A stretch of 63,264 nucleotides of DNA from Myxococcota bacterium (lineage in GTDB: Bacteria > Myxococcota_C > UBA6777). Location: the NCBI GenBank assembly GCA_023150835.1, contig JAKLKB010000046.1:1-63264 (forward strand). Reading direction: 5' to 3'. Shown here in pieces: positions 48,521 to 55,246 of the stretch. Positions within the stretch are counted from its first letter, which is position 1. Every line of letters starts with the position of its first letter. The position numbers were made by a program, and so were the translations under genes. The notes beneath the pieces were generated by a model that was not told the origin of the DNA, did not search any database, and saw only the letters and a program-made list of their open reading frames with translations.

Positions 48521-51493
48521 ATGACAAAAAAAGATAACTCGAATCCTCCTGCAACTGCCGCAACAAGCAGCAGTTTCTTCTCAGATATCGCGCAGGATCT
48601 GCAAACCCAAGTCGAAGGTCTGCAGGAACCTTCGACCGAAAACACAGGCACTTCATCCTCCTTCGCCCTTCAATCGGAGAACAGCGGCAAGATCTCTCCT
48701 CTTTCCCACGCTGCCTCCAACCAAAGCAGCGATCTCTTTGACGCGCAATCCAACAATCCCCCCGAATCTAGCCTCTATCGAGATCCCGCACGCACAGCAG
48801 CGATCGCCAACGGCCAACACCAAGAAAGCACCCCCTTGCCCTCTGTCCCCGCCATCCTACACGCCGAAGGTCTCGATCAACCCGATCCCGGCGCAACGAT
48901 CATCGAGATGGCCGCCATCGATCTCGACCTGCTCAAGCAGCTCCATCAAGCCCAACAACAAAACGCCCTCCCCCCCAGCGAATCGCGTCACCCTGACGAA
49001 GAAGCCCCTGTCCTCTTGCATTCCGTCGACCTCAACGCCGAAGACGATCCACCCCTCCTCCTTGAAAACCCCACAGCTCCGCCCTCTTCGCCTTCTTCCA
49101 AACTTCCCCCTCCACCCGCCCTCTCAACGCTTTCCTCTCGCGCCCACGCACTCGAACAACAAGCCGTCCCCTCGAACCTCCACACCACCAAATCAAACGA
49201 TGGCTTGTCCCTTGTCTCCGATATCTCTGGCGACAAGTCTTCGAGTCAAGAACAAGATCCCGATGACGAAGGCGACGAAGCTGGCAAAACCCTCATGATG
49301 GGAGCGATCGACGAAGCCACCGCTGCAAAGATCCTTGCCGCCCAAGACAAACACATCGCATCCCTCCAACAAACCGCCGAAGAAGAAACCCTCGACACCC
49401 ACTCCGGCGATCACCACGAAGCCCTCACCCAAGACGGACTCCCTGCCGTCGAAAATCCTGAGTTCGAACTCGGCGTAGGCGACGAGATCTCGATCGAGAT
49501 CGACCTCGACAACGACAGCCCCGCCCTGCCAACTCCACCTCCCAGCATCCCACGTGGCATCATCCCTCCGCCTCCCCCCAGCACCCCCCGCAACGCCCCA
49601 CCACCCGATCTCGACCTACCCCTCGCTCCCCCAAGCGCCCCCCACATCGAACCCCCGCCTCCACCCGATGCCGCCGGTCGTGTCGTCGTCCAAAAGAAAG
49701 CCAGCGCCTCGGTGCTTCGGCAAAATCCCGTCAAATGCCCACAATGCAACCACCTCTCCCGCGATCCGATCTGGTGCGACAACTGTGGCGCGTCGCTACA
49801 AAAGCCCGAACAACCGCCATTTACGTCATCCAAACCCGGTCGCGTCGTTCAGGCCAACAACCAAAACTATCTGCTGCAACGCGATGTCTCTCGATCCAAC
49901 GACCGCGTGATCTGGGAAGCCTCCCTCCAAGGCGAAGAAAATCCCGCGCCCTACATCGTCGAAGAACTCTCTCCCCTGCGTTTTCGATCTGGATACCAAC
50001 AACTACCCGATCTTTCTAAAACCTGCATCCATCGTCCTTTTGCAATCGAAGAACACGAAGACCGCGTCTTTCTGTTTTCTTCACCACTCCCCGGCTACCG
50101 CTTGTCCCGCGCTTTTGAAGAACGACGTGTCTTCTCTTTCTCCGAGATGCGGCACATCCTCAACCACATCGCTCAAGCCATCCAAACCATCCACCAACAC
50201 AACTTGCTTTTCCTCCAATTGGATGCTCGCCAGATCTGGCTGCGCGATGAACGCGATCCCCGTATCCTCGGCCTTGAACGCCTCTACAACGAAAAAGTCC
50301 CCCTCCACCTTCGCCCTCGCCGTGAAGGTTATTCTGCCCCCGAGATCTATCAAGCTCAACCCACTCTCGGCCCTCACACCGATATCTTTGCGCTCGGTGC
50401 TCTTCTTCATTACATGGTCAGCCTCGCCCGACCCTTCAATCACCTTGACACCGCCAAAGTCGATATCCCTTCCCCTCGCGTCCATAACCTCACCTTCCCA
50501 ATGGGACTGGATCATGTGATCTTGCGCGCCCTCCATCCCAAGATCCCCCGACGCTACAAAGATGTCGAATCCTTCTTACGCGAATTCAACCGCGCCATCG
50601 ACGAATTAGAAGAACGCGAAAAACAGCCGAACCTCCGCCTTCAACTCGCAGTCGGCCACGATATCCACATCGGCGTCAGCAAAGGCAACCGTAACCCCGT
50701 CAACCAAGATGCTCTGTTTTGGCGATACGACCGCAATCGCGGAAAAGGACTCTTTCTTGTGGCCGATGGGGTCAGCCATTGCAACTACGGCTCTGGCGAT
50801 CGCGCCTCCTCTCTCGTGATCCAAGCCGCCCGCAAACGCTGGGATACCTTGCTCAAACAACCCATCATGGAAGAGAACACCACCCCCGAACAACGCCGCC
50901 AGATCATCCAATCGATCTTTGACGCCGCAAATGTCGCGATCTGCGCAGAGATCAACCAACGCTACGAACGCATCGACGGCTATGTCGAAGACGTCATGGG
51001 TTCGACCTGCGTGGCTTGCTTCCTTGACGGCTCCCACATGACGCTCGCCAACCTCGGCGATTCACGCGGCTACCTCAAAACCGAACACTACATCGAACAG
51101 ATCACCGTCGATCACGACTACAAAACCGCCCAAATGCAGATCAAACAAGATATGCGTGCCCTGCAAAAACTCACGGGCGGAAGCCTGATCACCCGCTGCG
51201 TCGGCTCATTTCGCAAAGATGAAAAAATGAAGCTGCTACCGCGTGATCTCGAACCTGACTTCTTTGAACTGCGCCTACGCACAGACGATATCATCGTCAT
51301 CTGCTCGGATGGACTCAGCGATTACGCCGGTGCCAACGAAGAAGAATCTCGATACGCCATCGCCAAACTTCTACAAGCCTATCCTGACCCCTTGAGTGCT
51401 TGCTTCTGGCTCATCGCCCTCGCCAACCAAAATGGCGGCGGCGACAACATCTCTGTGATCGAGATCAAAGTCATCGGACCCACACAATCCTAG
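48521..51493 (+). CDS. Fusion: disordered N-terminus, zinc ribbon, degenerate Ser/Thr kinase domain, PP2C phosphatase
   Basis: CPQC...CDNCG. Kinase C-lobe GYSAPE, TDIFALG, RAL...RRY. PP2C motifs NQDA, VADGVS, MGST, NLGDSR, CSDGL, GGDNIS. Confidence 0.88.
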   Translation: MTKKDNSNPPATAATSSSFFSDIAQDLQTQVEGLQEPSTENTGTSSSFALQSENSGKISPLSHAASNQSSDLFDAQSNNPPESSLYRDPARTAAIANGQHQESTPLPSVPAILHAEGLDQPDPGATIIEMAAIDLDLLKQLHQAQQQNALPPSESRHPDEEAPVLLHSVDLNAEDDPPLLLENPTAPPSSPSSKLPPPPALSTLSSRAHALEQQAVPSNLHTTKSNDGLSLVSDISGDKSSSQEQDPDDEGDEAGKTLMMGAIDEATAAKILAAQDKHIASLQQTAEEETLDTHSGDHHEALTQDGLPAVENPEFELGVGDEISIEIDLDNDSPALPTPPPSIPRGIIPPPPPSTPRNAPPPDLDLPLAPPSAPHIEPPPPPDAAGRVVVQKKASASVLRQNPVKCPQCNHLSRDPIWCDNCGASLQKPEQPPFTSSKPGRVVQANNQNYLLQRDVSRSNDRVIWEASLQGEENPAPYIVEELSPLRFRSGYQQLPDLSKTCIHRPFAIEEHEDRVFLFSSPLPGYRLSRAFEERRVFSFSEMRHILNHIAQAIQTIHQHNLLFLQLDARQIWLRDERDPRILGLERLYNEKVPLHLRPRREGYSAPEIYQAQPTLGPHTDIFALGALLHYMVSLARPFNHLDTAKVDIPSPRVHNLTFPMGLDHVILRALHPKIPRRYKDVESFLREFNRAIDELEEREKQPNLRLQLAVGHDIHIGVSKGNRNPVNQDALFWRYDRNRGKGLFLVADGVSHCNYGSGDRASSLVIQAARKRWDTLLKQPIMEENTTPEQRRQIIQSIFDAANVAICAEINQRYERIDGYVEDVMGSTCVACFLDGSHMTLANLGDSRGYLKTEHYIEQITVDHDYKTAQMQIKQDMRALQKLTGGSLITRCVGSFRKDEKMKLLPRDLEPDFFELRLRTDDIIVICSDGLSDYAGANEEESRYAIAKLLQAYPDPLSACFWLIALANQNGGGDNISVIEIKVIGPTQS

Positions 51494-51546
51494 CCATCGC
51501 ACGATCTACCCTTGGCGCTCTGCTCGATACAAGGAAGCTTAACTCC

Positions 51547-52317
51547 ATGATCATCTGCCCTGTCTGCGAAACTGAAAACGAAGCGCACGAACCCTTTTGC
51601 ATCCTCTGTGGTGCAAAACTACAGCCCTCTACCCCAAACGCCCTCCCCAACACGACCTCCTTTACCTCGGAGATCGAAACGGCTCTTGATGATCTCCTCC
51701 CTCTCCCCGATGATATCGGCGAACAACCCGCTTCGTCCCCACACACTCCGTCCCTGCGCCCCAACCCACTCCAAATCAGCCCCTCCCACACACCCAACTC
51801 CGGCACACCAACATTCTCCCCTCAGCGGCTCATGACCACACGCAGCCCCGAGATGCTACCCGTCACAAACACCGCTGTCATCGACGAAAACGATCAAGAC
51901 CTCAGCACACAACACTTCCGCTCCAAACCCGCCCCTACACCCAACCGTACCCCCGTCCTTCCCTCCTACAATACCGAAGTCCCTGCCCCCGGAACCCTCT
52001 GTCTGATCGTCTACTTCCAACGACGCCCCGCCCTCTATTTTCCCGTCATCTACGACGAGATCTTGATCGGGCGCACCGACCCCGCTTCCAACTCTTACCC
52101 CGATCTCGATCTCACTCCCTTCGATCCCGATCTCGCGATATCACGCAAACACACCTACGTCTACCGCGAGCAAGGCGCTTACTTTATCTACCCCATCAGC
52201 AACTCCGGTACCCAAGTCAACCAAGAAATGGTCGATATCGGTACAAAAAAACTCCTCAAAGAAGGCGACGTCGTGATCCTCTCTGGTCGCCTTGCCATCC
52301 GCTTCGCCCGCTCCTAA
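51547..52317 (+). CDS. Zinc-ribbon plus FHA domain protein
   Basis: MIICPVC...FCILCG; FHA motifs IGR, ISRKH, SNSGTQVN, LKEGDVV. Confidence 0.9.
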   Translation: MIICPVCETENEAHEPFCILCGAKLQPSTPNALPNTTSFTSEIETALDDLLPLPDDIGEQPASSPHTPSLRPNPLQISPSHTPNSGTPTFSPQRLMTTRSPEMLPVTNTAVIDENDQDLSTQHFRSKPAPTPNRTPVLPSYNTEVPAPGTLCLIVYFQRRPALYFPVIYDEILIGRTDPASNSYPDLDLTPFDPDLAISRKHTYVYREQGAYFIYPISNSGTQVNQEMVDIGTKKLLKEGDVVILSGRLAIRFARS

Positions 52318-52452
52318 TAAAGTCGCCTCGCCGCCCAGCACACCCACTCCGAAATCCACCTCGCCATCCGCTTCGCCCGCTCCTAATAAAGTCGCCTCAC
52401 CGCCCAGCACACCCACTCCGAAATCCACCTCGCCATCCGCTTTGCCCACTCC
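52294..52452. repeat. 69-bp tandem repeat (2.3 copies) starting inside the FHA gene 3' end
   Basis: GCCATCCGCTTCGCCCGCTCCTAATAAAGTCGCC... at 52294 and 52363, and partially at 52432. Confidence 0.92.
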
Positions 52453-52510
52453 AAAACGGCCCACTTCCCGCCCGAAACGCCCCGATATCTCTGCTGGCCT
52501 TGCCCGTCTC

Positions 52511-52626
52511 ATACGATATCCGAGAGATGCACACAGCAAACGAGAGTGCGTAGATGCCCGATTCTTGGGCAGCCACACCTGTCTGCCCCGGCCTCTTTAC
52601 GATCACGCAACGCGCGGATCTCGTAT
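52511..52626. mobile_element. MITE-like family B, copy 5
   Basis: ATACGATATCCG...GGGCAGCCACACCTGTCTGCCCC...CGATCAC...CGGATCTCGTAT. Its last base is the first + strand base of the G1PDH stop codon. Confidence 0.78.
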
Positions 52627-53987
52627 CACCCGACGCCATGCAAATCGCGCAAGATATCGTCTGCCCAAACGTCCAACAACCCCAGTTCTCCCGCAAGATG
52701 CAAGATGGTATACCGTGCGCGGATATCTTTGCAGTACACCACCGCACGCCGCGCACGTTCATCCGTCACACCGATCTCCCGAAATGTCACAGGACACCCC
52801 GCTGACAACAGCTCTTCGCGGATCGCCAACGCAGGGCGCAGCGTCGATTGAACATCCGCCAAGATCTCCGCCCATCCGCTCTTGAGCCGCGTCAGTCGCT
52901 CTCGCAACACCGCAGGCGTCGGAAACGCTTGCTTGGCATGCAACTCAACCGCCCCATACAGCGAGCCAAAACGCGTCCGTAGCACCTCTTCATAAGACGC
53001 CCACGATGGCAACGCTTTGACACGCTCCTCGATATCCCAAGACGACGGATCCAACGCGGCCAAACGCTCGTACATCGCGGCTGTCGTGATCGTCCCCACC
53101 CCCACTTGGCAGCCATGAAAGTCATGCCCTTCACCCCAAGCAAAGTGCGTCATATCGATGTAATGGCTGATCAGATGCTCCCCGCCGCTCGCTGGAGACG
53201 AAGAACCCGCCAAACTCATCGACATACCCGACAAACACAAACTCGCGCTTAAACGCCCCACCGCCTCGACATCTCGCAGCGGCAACTTCGATGCAACGCC
53301 TTCCAAAAGCGCCGATCCTGCCTCCACAAGCACCATCGCATCCGAAGAATAACCCGCGTCGTTGAGCCGATACCCCAACCGCCAATCCGCGTTGCTCACG
53401 GGCTTGGACAACAGATCTCCAAACCCCGAAGCGATCATCCGCGCTGGTGATCGCGCCATCACATCCAAATCCACCAAACAAGCCAACGGTGGATCACAAG
53501 GCTGCGTCGTCTTCACGCCCTCCGACAACAACGCCGCGATCCCCGAAGTGTAGCCATTCATCGACGGAGCCGTCGCCACCACCGCGTACGGTACCTTGGC
53601 TTGGTAGGCCGCCATCTTTACGATATCGTTGATCGTACCCGCACCCACCGCGATACACGCCACGATCTCCGCCGAAGCACGCAGATGATCTCGCAACACC
53701 CCCGCCTTCCGATCATCCGCCACAGGCACTTCCTCTCCCTCAGCAGCTTCGATCACATACAGCGCGTTTGATATCCCCGCTGCATCGAGGCTTGCGACGA
53801 CGGCCTCACCCGCGATCTTGTGCGTGATCGCATCCACGATCACCAACCAACAACCACGCGGCAAGATCCCTTCCAAATACCCCGCACTTCGGGGCAATAG
53901 CTCCTGCTCCAACACGCACACCTTGGTCTGCAACCGCTCCACAAAACCTCGCAACACAGGCTCCACATCGATCTTGATCCGCGACAA
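52626..53987 (-). CDS. sn-glycerol-1-phosphate dehydrogenase (AraM/EgsA family)
   Basis: AVGAGTINDIVK, TAPSMNGYTS, ASGFGD, SSPASGGEHLISH, HGCQVG, IRARYTIL. GGAGG precedes the TTG start. Confidence 0.88.
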   Translation of the reverse strand: MSRIKIDVEPVLRGFVERLQTKVCVLEQELLPRSAGYLEGILPRGCWLVIVDAITHKIAGEAVVASLDAAGISNALYVIEAAEGEEVPVADDRKAGVLRDHLRASAEIVACIAVGAGTINDIVKMAAYQAKVPYAVVATAPSMNGYTSGIAALLSEGVKTTQPCDPPLACLVDLDVMARSPARMIASGFGDLLSKPVSNADWRLGYRLNDAGYSSDAMVLVEAGSALLEGVASKLPLRDVEAVGRLSASLCLSGMSMSLAGSSSPASGGEHLISHYIDMTHFAWGEGHDFHGCQVGVGTITTAAMYERLAALDPSSWDIEERVKALPSWASYEEVLRTRFGSLYGAVELHAKQAFPTPAVLRERLTRLKSGWAEILADVQSTLRPALAIREELLSAGCPVTFREIGVTDERARRAVVYCKDIRARYTILHLAGELGLLDVWADDILRDLHGVG

Positions 53988-54158
53988 CCAGCACCTCCCA
54001 TCTCAGCTTTTTTATCCACAAAAATAAAGATCACAAAAGAAATCAATGAGATAACGTTCTGGCTTTTACCTCACCCACAAAAAAAATACAACGGACGTGA
54101 ACCTTTTTTCCATACCCAGCGTACCTACGCGTGCTGAAATTTCCACCCGTGTTATCGT

Positions 54159-54226
54159 CTCTTGACATCGTCAAAAAACTTCACCCCTCTTTCCCTCTTG
54201 ACACCTTCAAAAGACATACACAACAT
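54159..54226 (+). promoter_or_regulatory. Tandem palindromic operator-like sites overlapping TTGACA -35 hexamers
   Basis: CTCTTGACATCGTCAAAA (54159-54176) and CTCTTGACACCTTCAAAA (54195-54212) are 16/18 identical and 36 bp apart. The -10 match is weak (CAACAT 54221-54226). Confidence 0.5.
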
Positions 54227-54365
54227 CACCACCCAACTCTTTTTCGTCGGTAGGGAAACCTACCGAGATATCGCCCTTATCCATTCACTGCGACGTCCTG
54301 TCTCGTGGTTTCACCACGCAGGCCGAGCCCCAACCCTTGCTTGCGAGCGCACAGGAGAAAAAACG

Positions 54366-54479
54366 ATGAAATACGGTATGAACGCCCGCGTCCTTGGGAA
54401 TCCGGCCACCCTTGAACGCACACAACAAGACTGGGTCGGATGCGCGGTGAATACTCTTGATGCCCACAGTCATCCCTGA
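54366..54479 (+). CDS. Possible 37-aa small protein or leader peptide (MKYGMNARVLGNPATLERTQQDWVGCAVNTLDAHSHP)
   Basis: AGGAG (54353-54357) lies 8 nt before ATG 54366; the ORF ends in TGA. Confidence 0.35.
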   Translation: MKYGMNARVLGNPATLERTQQDWVGCAVNTLDAHSHP

Positions 54480-55110
54480 CCTGCGGTATCCGGCGAAGCT
54501 CCCCTCGCCACACACACCGCGCTTTTTGACTTCGCACTTTTGGGCTTGTCACTCTCAACCAACGTCGACCTGTGACCTTGACCAAAAGCCTCCTCGAACA
54601 CAAAGCGCCGCGCAACCCTGTTGCGCAACACTCCCTGCTCTTTGAAAACAAAACCTCTCGCGTCCGATCGAGTCTCGCTTGGTTCTCCCAAGCCTCGCTC
54701 TTTTACGCAGACGAAAATCGTGGATACCACGGCCTCTTTCAACTCTGAGCCCCCAAGCAACGCATTGATCGAGGTCACACCACACACGTGCGGCGATCTC
54801 TCAGGTGGGAGCGGTTGTGTGTGGTTCCCGGTGCCTTTCATACCACCTTGGCACCTTTGGGACGATAGCTTGCGCTCGCCCTCCTTCTTTGGGTGACCCT
54901 TGCTTCTTGCCTCCGCACCGTCTATCGCTTGGATCCCTGTCTTCTCTGCTCTCCAACACCCTCGTTGGCGTCCCTTTGAAGACGCTTCCTCATCTTTCCT
55001 TGGAAGCTCTTCGCACGACGAACAGCACCGCACAGCAGACAAGATCACACCCTCAGAGAAAAGAACTCCCCTCGATTGCCTACGCGAATGGTTTGAGCAA
55101 ACCCCTTCCT

Positions 55111-55146
55111 GCGGATACATGAAATGCCATGTATCCGCTTTTTTTT
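55111..55146 (+). terminator. Rho-independent terminator
   Basis: Perfect 11-bp stem GCGGATACATG / CATGTATCCGC, 6-nt loop, then T8. Confidence 0.88.
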
Positions 55147-55246
55147 GCGCTCCGCTCACAACCTACACACTCCCTGTGCCGAACCTCCCGATCAGATGCG
55201 CTCACACGCCGCGATATCGAAACCACCCACAACTCACGGATGTCCC

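Larger units (their letters stand above)
54230..55146 (+). ncRNA. Candidate large structured non-coding RNA or regulatory leader
   Basis: No convincing long ORF. At least nine hairpins, including TCGGTAGG-GAAA-CCTACCGA. Bounded by promoter-like sites and a strong terminator. Matches no RNA family I recognise. Confidence 0.55.

Noticed and set aside
52294-52452. 69-bp periodic repeat (CRISPR-like repeat plus spacer length)
   Set aside because: The whole unit is repeated, including the would-be spacer, so it is a simple tandem duplication.
54012-54020. Replication origin suggested by the DnaA box
   Set aside because: Only one perfect box locally, with no box cluster and no dnaA/dnaN/gidA context. 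Other perfect boxes in the window fall inside genes.
54380-54525. Possible 6S RNA, tRNA-Sec, RNase P or tmRNA identity for the structured region
   Set aside because: I could not find the long closing duplex of 6S, a cloverleaf with UCA anticodon, the GAGGAAAGUCC motif of RNase P, or tmRNA tRNA-like ends.
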